Source of the DNA: Lingula anatina
Taxonomy: Eukaryota; Animalia; Brachiopoda
Direction of reading: 5' to 3'
NCBI GenBank assembly: GCA_051362555.1
Contig: JBPQGU010000016.1
Span: forward strand, 1,488,001 to 1,552,000
DNA: 64,000 bases
Part shown: positions 1 through 13,429 of the stretch, piece by piece
Layout: the number at the start of each line of letters is the position of its first letter
Position numbering within the stretch: the stretch's first letter is position 1
The notes under the pieces: model-generated
Told to the model about the DNA's origin: nothing
What the model saw: only the letters and a program-made list of their open reading frames with translations
The model's database searches: none
Program-made: the position numbers and the translations under genes

Positions 1-3000
1 TCGGGGCTGATGGGAATCTTGGTGATATGTAGACCAGGTGACTGTCATTTACCGTTTATCTGTGCTTCTGTTTTTTTCTCTTGTATTAGAGGTATTGTAG
101 ATGGGGGTTTCGTGCCAGATCCCTTTTTTTTGTCTCGAGAGAGAAGCAGTTTTTGTCTGTTCTTAAATCATTATCGATGTTTTGTACGGTTGCAGATGAT
201 ATATAACTTGGTACCTAAAGAGTTGTGGTCTATTTAGACCTCCACGTCTTCCAGTTATTTCGGAAGGAAATATGTATTACTTTTGAGGGATTTTATCACT
301 TTTAAGTGCGAAATCGTGAGAAACAAGTAGCAATGCAGAGCATGTAGAGAAATATGCTTGTGGGATACTTCCGTAGTATACTATATGTAATGTTAGTAAG
401 TGACAGCGTGCAGCGAATAAGAGCGGGGAGTGTTTAGTAGAGTAACTTAAGTTGATTGACATGCTCTTATGGTATTTATACAACTGCGCTTAGTGTAAAC
501 AGGGAGAAGGCCGCTAGAGATTGCATGAGGTAGGAATAGAAATGAAGGAAGCGGCGCGGGTAATAACTGGACAGTAGTCTAATAAATAATAAGAAAGATA
601 ATATCTGAGTTGTATTTGCTACCTCGCGTAACATGACGAAGACAAGCCAATAGTTTCGTCACATATATATAATTCTAATCCACAGTGACTACATTAGATA
701 TTCTAGGCATGCTGCTGATAAATTGAACTGTTGACAACTTTCTCAATACGAATTTGTATTATTTTTATGAGTACAGATTTTGCTTTCTGTCAAATACTTG
801 GTAATATTCTTCATGTTTTTATTTTATTGTTATTTTTTGCCATAATATATTTGTATTTGTTACACATTTAGGCACCTTGGACGATGATAACGAACGGCGT
901 GACGTGGACAAAGAGTACATATTGCTATCACACATCATAGACGAGTCAGCGAGCTGGTATTTCCAGGAGAATGTGGCAAGGCAAGTACTTTACCACCTGA
1001 AAATGTGTGTAAAAACTGTTTGAAATCACTTAGGACCTTTCGGAATCGAGCGGTACACTTATAAACCGGACCAGTGTAACGAAACCGGATCCGTGTTACA
1101 GAAGGTTTGCCCTCCATTTAGTTATAACGGTTAGGGTTAGCCTGCCCTAAGTGGCCAAAATCTAAGGCTAGTCTTACCTGTACAAATCGATGGGAAGCGA
1201 ACCTTCTGTCTAGGGGGACTCTCTGTCACGTTTAACGATTACACCGGCCCATTCTGAGAAACTTACAAGCCAATCGCCAGGCTACTGCGTAAGAGAGTCA
1301 CCTCCTGGAGCCTCGTTTTCGACACGGTCTAAACATCAAGAAGCGAACTTGTGTTGTTTTTTTTTTTTGGTCTTGGGAAAATAACTCCCTGTTTTGCAAC
1401 GCATGTTTGGTTCACAAAAAGTTAACGGTCCAGAGAAGATATATCTCGGCGTTACAAGAGTTCATGTAATAATAGTAATAGGAATGATATCTTTTTGAGC
1501 ATTAAACGCGTTACGAAAATTATGGAATGAGGTAGCCTTTTTTCTACCTAGTCCCAAAACTTTCTCAAAAAAGAAGGCTCCCACACGTGCCACATAATGA
1601 TGAGGAATCTTCTGCTGTCTTGTCCACTTCTGCCACACATTTAACAGTATTCTAAACCATCTGCAGGTTCGCACCACAAGCAGACCAGAATTCTCCATCG
1701 TTCGCCACCAAGTTCCACACTATCAACGGCTACATCTACGGGAACGTCCCTGGCTTGGAGGCTTGCTCTGGTGACAGAGTGGCGTGGTACATGATAGGAC
1801 TGGGCAACGAAGACGATCTTCACTCCCTGACTATCAACGGTCATGTATTGGAGTATAATCATCACAGGTGAGGGGGGGGGGGGGGGGTAGGGGGTAGGTG
1901 GGGGTTGGAATATCAAGGGGGTGAGTACTCTAATGATTCCCAACATTTGGAAATTATTGCGTTGACCAGACCTGGTGACTGTTGTAAATCGTCACAGGTG
2001 ACAGTTGCTGGAGCCTCGTGGCCATGACGGGATAGGGGTGGAGGGTGGGGGTCGGGAATGACTTTATTTTCTTAGCATAACTCAAATCAACCCTTGTTAA
2101 ATTGTTGAGTCAAAATTATATAATCGTATTTATAGATTTTTCATTCAAATTAATTGTTTGTTTTTTATTTGTTTCATTACTTAAATTATAACTTGTCGTG
2201 GGCTCGTATCACCCGTTTTATGTCCCTTCACAATTCTTCCAGAATGTATTATACAGGTTATACACCTATAGCAATGTATGGACTGTACATGTCTTCACCA
2301 GTATAACTCTATGCATATCTCTCTTATACTGCTTGAATTGTTTAACATGCTATTTGCTGCACCAGTATAACTGTACAGCTGAGACACTAAGACCCCATTC
2401 CCAGAAATTAGATCGATCTACTTTAGATCGACCTAACTCCCTCGATGTTCACGCTAAATAGCTGTCAGCCGAGCGGGCACGAAAGTTAATTACCCTCTTA
2501 CAGCTTGTAGTAGGCGGGACGGACATTTAAGCCGGATTATCTGACAGTAATCTAGTGAGACTCCCCGCGGGGATAGATCGATCTAAAAGCTCTGGGAATA
2601 CGCCCTTAAGGTCATATCCTTTGTAACAAATTCGCTTGTACCACAACACAATATCAATATCATTATGAAAGTTATTCATTATTTTCAGAACTGATGTTAT
2701 CGCGCTGTTCGCCGCCAAGTTCTCAGCAGCGTACATGACGGCGGGAGATGTGGGAAAGTGGATTATCAAATGTCAAACGGCTGATCATCATCTTGGTAAA
2801 CAATCACAGAAACACACCATGTATATAAAGGCACATGCTTCGTATCTTAATATTGTTAATACTAGAAGGGGATAAGCACTCTTTTTATATCCATACCAGA
2901 GTGTCACAGAACGTACAAAAACATTGTGCTGGTACGTTTTGCTAAATAAAACCGTTATTTTATTATCAATGTGTGACACCCCGAAGGCGCTCCATCATGC

Positions 3001-4349
3001 TATGACACTTCGATTCTCATATTGAATAATGGCTATCCCTTCATCCACTTACTGTATACATCACGTTGGTCATTTCAGAGGGAGAGCAGGCGTTCCTTCA
3101 CGTGAGCCCCTCGTGCGGCAAACCCCCTCCTTACGGCTTTCTGGGTGGCCATACCCGGACTTATTACATCGCAGCGGTGGAGAAGCGATGGAGTTACGAC
3201 GGGGGTTCCGGATTGAACGGATACGAACGTGGATTAGCTTTCCTCAAAGACCCAAGCCAGTAAGTGGTCTTATGGTGTTGCCCAAAATCGTCTCAAACCG
3301 TTTCCATAATTGCAAGTGCAATTTATGTTGAAAGATTTTGTAATAAAAAAATGAATAATGTATAAGAACATCATTTGGTATGAATATTTCTCTAATTACA
3401 GAGAGTCCAGCAAATACTTTACAAAAAATTCAAACCGCATAGGCGGTACGTACTGGAAGATCTTATATGAAGAGCATACAGACGACACATTTACGACGGT
3501 AAAACGAAGACCACTGTCCAAATACCATTATGGTCTTCTTGGCCCCGAGATTGCTGCCCAGACAGGAGACACTATTAAGGTATGGTATTTAGTCCTGCAA
3601 GGCCTGCTTCATAAAACGTCTGGAGTCCTTTTATTGGGTTATCAGGACCTTGACGACTGCGAGGTGTTTCAAAAATGATCTTAAAGGCAGCTCACCTCTT
3701 TTTAGTCGGGCTTTGAGCAGCTAGGGGGCAATTAACATCAATAAACACGACAGTTAAATACACCCCAGCTGCTCGAGGGAGCGTGACAGACAATTAAACC
3801 GATTTCACATATTGCACTTAGCGTGAATGCCCCCAAAGTTGGGTCGATCAATGTAGTCCGATGGATTGTATGGGAATTGGGTCTTCGTAGTTACAGTAAT
3901 CCACGTGGTTGTGTCTAATACATTGTTTGTGGGTCAGTCATTTTGGAGATCTCGTAGACGATACTGTAATGTCGACATTGCATAGTTTAGAACACCAGAA
4001 CTTAAGATTATTTGCGAAACAGATACAGGGTAATTTTCTAACTTTGGTCTCTCTGGATGTAGCCTAATATGACGGTGACCTACTTATAACTGTGATCAAA
4101 TCTACAGTTTCAGCATTTTCAAAATCTGATATCCAGAGAAATTGATGGCGAGAAATAAATAAATAAATAAATAAATAAATAAAATAAACACAGAAGCTAG
4201 ATTGTCACAGCCTTTCTGCTTTCTGTTTACAGGTTGTTTTCAAAAACCTTGCGCCCAGCTCGGGAAGACGATTTTCCATTCATCCTCGTGGAGTGAAGTA
4301 CGACAAACAAAACGAGGGAGAGGATTACAATGACGGCACACCAGGTGCG

Positions 4350-4380
<31 letters not shown>

Positions 4381-7094
4381 GGTCAATGTTTTTGAATACT
4401 ATTTGGACTACGCTATTAAAATAGCGAATTTTGCCTATGTCACATTCCCTCAAAATCTCAATGGGCCTTACAAATTAAAAGCGAAAAACTACCAATTGTT
4501 TATTAAAAGTCTATAATGACGGAACACCAGGTGGGTCAAGTTAATTATAATAGTTTTTTCAATGGCGCATTCCATTAAAATCTCAATGCGCCTTACGAGC
4601 CAAGAGAGAAAAATTACACATTGCATATCTTTAGTCTAAATTCTACGAATCACTATTTATAATGAATATATATTTATAGGAAGAAATATTTAATATAATT
4701 AAACTTTTTTTATCAATTACTATATATTTAAACTTAAGTATAAGGTCTACTAAAATTTTACAAGACATTTGCAGTTCTTACATCAGTAGGTAAAGTACTT
4801 CGTAACTTTGTTGCGTACATTATATAATTCCATTCACCAAAAATTTGTATTTGCCCTTCACCCACAGTAAGCACTGATCACCAAATGACGCAGAAATTAT
4901 TTGGCACAACCAAGCTCCTTCTCATAGAAGTTAGAGCAAAAACAATTAAAGAAAACGCCTTTGCAAAATCTAAAACCCACTAAATATATGCAAGTTTGAT
5001 TTATAATTCCTTATAGCTTTACCATTTTGTTTCCTGGTTTCACTCATTTGTTACTGTGCATTTTAATCTGACCACTTATTTTAAATAAGAGAAATAGACT
5101 TGCCATATCTTTTTCTACAGGAATTATCGATCAACTCTATCAAGGGAAAGAGAAAACTCAATTATTATTTGAATGGTGAAGGTGTTATTTTTTATTATCA
5201 TTCTAGACGGTGGAGTGGGCTATCAACAGACCCGTACCTACACGTGGACCGTGCCTGAGTCCTACGCACCTGAGCGCGCAGATTCAAAATGTATCACATA
5301 TATGTATCACTCCGCCATTGACCCAGTTAGAGATGTGTTCTCAGGTCTGATTGGTCCGTTGGTTGTTTGCAGACGAGGAGAATTGGCAAGGGTAAGCGTT
5401 CTGACAGCAGAGGCGGTTTTTGTACTAGTAGTTATTAACCGTGTGATCACTGTTTTTGGTACAAATAAGATGTACTCTTAAGACACATTTTTAATTCTAT
5501 ATTCACATTATTTTGAGGGAAAAAAGCATATGTCACGATGCCTGTTCAGATTTTTGCAGTCTTCGCATATTTAATACGTTCATTTTTTTGTTTTACTGAT
5601 GCGTAATATATAAAAAGGGTTTATAAAAAAGCAAATATCATCAACTCTACTTTATATGAACACTTCTAAATTACCTTTCAGCGAGGCATGGAGTTCACTC
5701 TGCTCTTCGCCAATTTCAACGAAAACCTGTCATGGTTACTGGAGAAGAACATCTTGGAGTTTGCCTCCTCCTCTGCATCGAGCTCGCCCGGATTTGAGGA
5801 ATCAAATATCATGAGCAGTGAGTGTTTTTTCTGACTAACTTCTTTATTTGATTCATTATAACATATGAATATACAATAATTGGCTTTGATTATGTTCACC
5901 TCGGGGATATACAGGTGCTGGAACCGAAGACGGTATAATTGAACAACGCCGACGAAATTTTGTCCTAAAGAAAACGCATATCAGTCTATGTAATATAATC
6001 ATTTTAGTTCTTATTCTCTTATACCATTTAATATTCTATTGTCTTACCATTTTATGGACTCTACTGGGTAGGTGAATCTACAATCTTTTGATTTTAATTT
6101 TGAATTATTATCCTTATAATTACTATTATTTAGGCATCAACGGATATTCGTATGGCAACCTGCCTAAACCAACAATGTGTTTAGGAGATCAAGTGACATG
6201 GCGTCTGCTTGCCATAGGAAACGTCATTGACATGCATATCCCTACCTTCAGTGGCAACACGTTCACGAGATTTGACGGGAATACGCGAGACGCCGTGTCC
6301 CTGTTTCCCGGTACAACAGAGACAATCTCTATGAAAACTGTAAATAAAGGTAGACGCCAATGTTACTTGTCAATGTCAAACAGCGAGAATTTTCAATGTT
6401 TCAGACCGATTTGTCTATTTAAGTTGGTAAAAAAGAAAATCATTTAAATAATATTTAAGATACGCAGGACACGGTTGTTAGAGATGACGTTTGAAATTGT
6501 TGCTGTCAAAAATAAAAAAAGCATACTATATATGCGACACACTGGTGACAAACTATGCATTTTCTTGGAATCCACTTAGCCGAGATTCCAAAAAGCATCT
6601 TGCCTAGATATATACCCAATCTGCCCCACTTTGTCTTTCACTGTGATATATTTATCTATACCTTGCTATCTGTAGGAATATGGAGTCTGATAGACGCTAG
6701 CGATGACAACAATGTGGCCGGAATGGTGGCGCTCTACAAAGTGGATCAGTGTCATTTCTTCCTTAAGCATCCTCTTGCACACTCGGAGAAAGGTATGTAA
6801 AATGCGTGTTTATATTAAAAGTTTTTTGTTTTATAACTACATTTGTAAATGTCAATATTAACGCGATATATGGCTTGAACTCCTGTCTCGCTGAAAGTCG
6901 AGCTGGACTTGCATATATCGCTTGGGTGTCAGTATATTATCTCATATTAATCTCTCATACCCGACATATGTTCTCTGTGTCATAGGCATCACTCGTACGT
7001 ACTATATAGCCGTGGTGGAGAGAATGTGGGAGTATGCGCCATGGAGATTTGACCTGATTCTCGGAAAAAGTATCACAGACCCTTCCAGGTACCT

Positions 7095-7146
<52 letters not shown>

Positions 7147-10100
7147 TTTAACGTCAAGAATGATCATAATGATTATCATGTTCTTGAAAAAATAATAACA
7201 ATAATAACGGCGAAATTTCTGGTAAATCTTATCTCAATATAAACATTTTCAGTAATAAAAAAATATGTATATGGAATCTAAAATAAGAGCAAAATGACTG
7301 AATGTCCGCTCTGAATCAAAATTTGATCCATATGATCCAGGTACTGTGGCATTCCTTATGTTTGACCGACTAAATAGAGGGCTGAATACATCTACTTTTT
7401 CTTAAAAAAAAAAAAAGATAAAATAATTACTCCTGTTTCTACTGCTATATCTTGGATTCAAGCAAATCTAACTTTTGAGTGGCTGGATTCCCATAACTAG
7501 ATCGATCAAACAGGATCGGTCCATCTCCAAGGGGTTTCTCGCTAAATTGCTTTCAGCTTAAGCGGCTCAATGTCTGGTACGCCTACTAAAGCGGCTAAAC
7601 GATAGTTATTTACCCCCTATCAGCCATTTAAGCCGCTTAAGTTAGTTGCAATTTAGCGACAATCCCCTAGGAGATAGATCTACCCAAAGTTAGTACGATA
7701 GGGTCTGGAAATGGTCTCTTATTTCCAGTACGATGTACGTGTTTGCTCGTACTGATTGGCCATTCCTTGGTACCCGGTATAAAAAAGCTTTGTACAGAGA
7801 GTACACGGACGCCACCTTCACCGTGGAAAAGACTCGAAGTCCCGAGGAAGAACACCTTGCTATCATGGGGCCTTTCATAAAAGCAGAGGTCACAGATACC
7901 ATCAAGGTTTGTTTTTTTTTTTTTTTTACTATTGTTTCACGCTTTTTTGTTTCTTTTTTCTTTACCTCAAACAAACTTTACTATAATAACTCTATGTAGG
8001 AGGTCTATATTTCACAATAAAAACATTGTGAAATATAATATATTCTGTTTTACGACAAAAACAGCAGTTATAGCTATTTTTCTGATATATTTGAGCTTGT
8101 CTTCAGACCACGTGACCTCCATTGATGGCTATATTCTGTTATAATCTCTTAAGAGATTTTAGCAAAAAAACAAACTTTTTAGAAATAAGACAGGGACTAA
8201 CTTTGAATGTACAAATGGATTCATTACCCATTGGTAAGTATGGGAAAATTGTTGTTTACTCCAGGAAAATTCATTTTTTGGCCAAAACGAAGAGTTATTA
8301 TCCCTTTAAGGAAACACGAAGTACCTTGAAAGTGCACTATCACACCTGTTTTTAAAACTGTTCTTTTACTAAACCAAAAGTAATCCATAATCATGGGTAG
8401 GTTCTTTGCAGACAGTATATAGTACGATAAAGCAATGTTTATTTTGTTAACATTTGATATGAGGTAAACATACACTCTGTCGTCTCTAAAAACATTTATG
8501 CTGAAAACGCTGTCCTATTCGCATGCCAGCGTTCTTCATATGTCTTTTCTTTTCTGCTGTCTGTTTTCAGGTCGTATTTAAAAACATGGCATCGCGCCCG
8601 TACTCAATTCACCCCAACCTTGTGATGTATTCCAAGGAAGACGAAGGCCACGCCTACAAAGATGGGGTCAATGTAACAGCGGGAGTGCCCCCTGGTGGCA
8701 TAAAAACTTACACGTAAGCTTCCTAGTCTTAACAGATCTCGGCCCAGAGAGTATAGATAGTAAAATGAATGAATGATTATCTGTTTTATTGTAAAATATG
8801 GAGCAGTATGTAATGGCAAAACTGAATAGATATTAGTATCCAAGTACAGTGTATATACCGGGCACTCCATACAAGATGACACTACACTACAATATGATTA
8901 TATAATACTAATATATAACCATATAATTAACCAAGATGAGCAGCCTATGTTCATGTAACATTTTTCTTGAATAAGAGAAATAGCAATTAAAATTTTAAGG
9001 CAAGTAAGAAAAGAAAGCTTGCCCAGAGGAAAATAACATAAATAAATACTACCTTTTTTAGATGGGAAGTACCGAAATCCTCTGGTCCTGGCAAAAACGA
9101 CCCAAACTGTATCAGCTCTGCCTACCGTTCTGCTGTTAACTTGGAGAAAGACTTGGCATCCGGTATGGTTGGACCTATGGCTCTTTGCAGGAAAGGTAAA
9201 TGCATGAATTAAATTAATTAATTTATTAGTTAATAAACTACGGGTAATTAATGCCCGCCTTAAAAATGAAAGTCTTAAAAAAGAACATATGTACAGTAGT
9301 TATCGTTACCCTTCACAATTAAAATTAGTGCTTGGGCAACAACCACAATATCGGCAGTCATATAATTTAAAACATTTCATCAGTTTTATTGAATGAACGG
9401 TGTAAATACATTTGAAAGCCACAAGTCAAGTTAAGGAAGTAAATATGTAATGTGATTATTCGTGTGCAATGAGAACGACTGTCATTTCGCACTGCGAAAA
9501 CAGAAAACCGCATCCATTGGAATGCTTTTAATGACGAGCATGTTGTGTTTTAAAAATAAAATCAAACTTTAGTTTAGATTTTTACGAATTTAAATCAACT
9601 GACATTGCTCCAGGTACACTCTCCGAAAACAAGCGTCGCGATGTGGAGAAAGAAATCGCTACATTATGGACCATATTCGATGAGAACGATAGTTGGTATC
9701 TTGACGAAAATATCATGAGTCATCCACAGTATCCCGGTTTTTTGCCAGACAAGACTGACGCAGAATTCCTAGAAAGCAACAGATTCCATCGTATGTAACT
9801 TATTTTTTCCTTGTTTTTTATTTTATTCATTTCATTTGTTTATGTGACCCGAATACCTTAGGAATTCTACGTATAACGTGATAATAGACAATTTATTTAC
9901 CTTTCTTTCTTCTTCGCTTCCTTTGTTTACACGGTAGATTTGTCCCTACGGGACTTTCCTATAGAACCTTGCGGGACTCCGCAAGAAACCTTCAGGTCTA
10001 TATAGGAATTAAATCAGTCCATGGGACGTTCTATAGGTTCCCTATGTAAAAATGTCTTATAGGGTCCTATATGATTTTGGACCAATTTTCTTTGAATTGG

Positions 10101-11028
10101 GGTTTTACAGGGCGCTATAGAAAATGTCCGTAAGAGTGTGTAAATGTTTCTGTTTATGTTTGGCTCCTGAGCGATGATGTTGATTATTTAAAAATGTATC
10201 TGAATAATTTGTTGTTGTCTTTTCCATGATGAAGCTATCAACGGGCTTATCACGGCCAGAGACCCAGGGTTTAATATGAAGGAATGCGACCTCGTGGCCT
10301 GGTATTTCATTAGCTTCGGGGGTCGCGTGGATATCCACACGGTGCACTTTCACGCGAACTCGTACATCTGGAACACGGAGAGCGCACACAGAGGAGATAC
10401 GCTTGAGGTAATATTTTAGTGTTTGTTTGCATACATTTTCCAGTTTAACAAGAATCAAAGCCCGCTTAGAACCGCAGTCCGTTTCTATATTATTCATCAC
10501 AAGTGACGTTAGTCTGATTTGTCCCATACTGACTCAGACACTTCTCTCTAACCATATCCTGTGCTAATGCATTATGGGATCTTGGACTTCCTTTACTTAA
10601 GACTACCATTCCTGCGAAACCGTAAGCAAGCAAGGTATTTGGCCATTCTCCAAAGATAAAAGCGGGTAATTGCCTTTGCTCAATATTCCTTGAAAAAATT
10701 GTTTGATGCTGATCTACAAATCACATAAAACATTCTTGTAAACCGTTGTTCCAAGGCGCAGTTCTTTCCAGAAAGAATTCCTCTCCTATATTTTTTTATT
10801 TATGATTTTAAAATAGTGAATTCCACATTGCATGCTCTGTTACTCCTAAATTATTCAGTAGTGAGAGTAGAAACGTTTATTAATACTGTGAACATTTGTT
10901 CACCACGTGTTTTATTGTGGGGACTTAATATTTTACGCAACAACTACTGTCTTCGCAAAGCTGTGCATTTTCGACTGTCAGATGTATAGATCGATATTCG
11001 GTACATTTGTGTACGCGTACACACACAA

Positions 11029-11068
<40 letters not shown>

Positions 11069-11088
11069 AGGGACATATAGAAGGATGA

Positions 11089-11127
<39 letters not shown>

Positions 11128-11416
11128 TTTTCCAAGGCATTGACGTTCAGTATTTGGTGTGGCAGCACCAGGAGAATGAAATCTACTGCCTTTGCTATTC
11201 CGTCTTACAAACCATTGTTTTAAGAAGGAACTCAAGACTGATCTTTTAAAGACGTTTTATAAATGTTTTTTTTTTAATATTTTCTAAATATTTTATTCAA
11301 AAGCCCCCCTCAAGTGTAATATTTTAAATATTCTGTATAAGAATTTTAGATTTATAATATAATTTATCTCCAAAAAAATAATGTATTATTCTGTAAATTG
11401 CAGACATGAAAGTTTA

Positions 11417-11447
<31 letters not shown>

Positions 11448-11643
11448 CCAAGGCACTCTCCCATTTTTACAGGTATTTCCCGGTATATTTGAAGTTGCCA
11501 CAATGTTGGCAGACGACCCAGGCTCATGGTTGATGCACTGTCACGTGGACGACCACGTGGGTGCTGGCATGATTACCCAGTATTTAGTCGAGAAATCAGA
11601 AGATCCTGTGCAATGCTCCAGTGTGGATGATGAGGATGCATAA
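1..11643 (+). CDS. Ceruloplasmin/hephaestin-like multicopper ferroxidase, copy A (5' part outside window; end of domain 1 through domain 6)
   Basis: Manually spliced exons: <1-37, 872-980, 1667-1867, 2689-2795, 3079-3259, 3402-3579, 4233-4344, 5207-5391, 5682-5817, 6134-6349, 6676-6792, 6986-7088, 7729-7906, 8571-8713, 9062-9195, 9614-9790, 10235-10407, 11473-11643 (TAA). Phases are consistent and every complete exon length equals its copy B counterpart. Motifs: [36 protein letters not shown]. Ends ...[10 protein letters not shown] with no transmembrane segment. Confidence 0.95.
2390..2607. mobile_element. MITE family 1 (~220 bp, PIF/Harbinger-like termini), copy
   Basis: Ends GACCCCATTCCCAGA..TAGATCGATCTA / TAGATCGATCTA..TCTGGGAAT, with TAA/TTA-type flanks. 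The same element occurs inverted at ~26848-27073. Confidence 0.75.
7096..7145. repeat. (AAT)n microsatellite
   Basis: Seen directly. Others at ~20270-20330, 22098-22148, 25680-25716, 40834-40878. Confidence 0.95.
7483..7718. mobile_element. MITE family 1 related subfamily, copy
   Basis: Palindromic core CGCTAAATTGC..GCTTAAGCGGCT / AGCCGCTTAAG..GCAATTTAGCG. An inverted copy lies at ~37779-38022, with partial copies at ~18408-18500 and ~3700-3885. Confidence 0.7.
11020..11127. repeat. Compound (CA)n/(GA)n microsatellite
   Basis: Seen directly. Similar tracts at ~13395-13428, 41024-41205, 60433-60512. Confidence 0.95.
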
Positions 11644-13390
11644 CCAGAGACCATTACAGCAACGAGGGCCTTTTTAACAAAAACACTCGTCCGAAAATTT
11701 GTGGAAGCTTTCAGATGAAAAACAATGATAGAATTCGGTTCAAGATTAGTTCATAGTAATTTAAGGGAATAAAGCAAATGTAACCATGCTGTATTAGTAC
11801 ATTTAAATTAAAATTGGACTGATCTGATTTAACGTGGAATACAGTAGAATTAAATGAACAAACCATTAACGACCTAGTTTCTTTGTGAAACAGGCAATTC
11901 ATCCTTTCTCGAGGGGTCCGGAGGCCAGAGGGACAGTTCCCTATCCACACCCCCTCAATCAAAATGGAGAAGTAATATCTGATACAGCTGGGCATGCGCA
12001 TGAAGTGGTATCAATAACGTTTTCTTGCTTGAGGTCAGAAACTAAGAATATGCATGCACATATATTTATATAACATAATAATATGGTTAATTATCACAAA
12101 AATGTCTACTCCGTGTTTATCAATTGAAATGAAGGTAGTTTATTTAGTTGACATGGGCTTTACAGCTCTGAATACAATACGTGGATTGGAACCGCGCGTA
12201 CCTAATTATAATTTATAAATAAAACGATTAAATCCTTGCAACAGGCTAAATTTGTTTATATACTGAAAGGTTCGAACTTACAATATTTTATAAAAGTTAA
12301 GAGGCATTTTTTCACAGATATACAACTTAGAACCCATTGTTAAAATAATGGAGGATATTAAGGTGAAAAGTAACACCAGTCAATAGTGTACCACAGTAGA
12401 TAAACTTAAAAATGTACCTTATCACCGCAAAATCACCGCAAGTGGTGTATTTGTCAACAATAAAGTTTCGTCTTCAAATTTTGTTTTCACTTTTTAGTTC
12501 CTTTAAACTTAAAAAATTGGTTGGTTTAGCAGATCTAAATGTAAGTACTTTTCAGGTACTAGTATACCAGAAATAACAGATGAAGTTGCCTTGTTGGAAG
12601 TATATGACACTCCTCGGCGTGGTCTCTTTTTTTGTGCCTATATAAGCAGAGACATGAAATTGACATCGTGACAAGCTTAGGACTAAAAAACCAAGCAATA
12701 TTCATGGATGGCAATTAAGTATGAACATAAAGTGCAACAGTAGAAGATTGAATAAATCGATATAAATGCGTAGAATACTTCTGTCGAATGCATAAAGATC
12801 TAATCGTAAAACATATCAACCCTTAAAATACTACTGTCAAATGGTGTGAATTACAAAAAGAAAATTTACTGGAAGCTCAGCCCTCTGTTAAAATAATTAT
12901 CTCTCCATTTTCACCATGTAAATTATTTTGAAAGAAACCAGTAGTGTGTGGCTAAAGAGGAGTACATGTGGGTTTACAAGTCCAACGTGATAATTGTTCA
13001 AGTGTGCCTTACGCTAGGACATTGTATGACCCCACGTAATGTGTCGCTGAGATGTTATTTAATTTCTATGGGTTGTTTAGAATGTATTAATTGTGAAATA
13101 TGGCTATCATACAAACATTTGGTATCCCTTTAACTTCTAATGCACCTAAAACATTGACTTTATAACGCGAAAGACTACAGAGTTGAATTTCAAATCTGAA
13201 ATTAGTCCACTGAGGAGAAATAACCTAAACTAAATTCCTAATACCATATAACAGTAACCCGTTTACTTAATAATATAATTCTATGACTGATAAAAATGAA
13301 ACGGGACCGGTTTATCTTCTATATCCAAACGATCAGTTATGCCAACGTCCTACGACGGGTGACGATTCTGGAAGGAAAGACGTCCCCTTT

Positions 13391-13429
<39 letters not shown>

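Noticed and set aside
10925-11235. Short ORFs with poly-CV/SL/HT/IY/Y tracts here and elsewhere
   Set aside because: They are translations of microsatellites.
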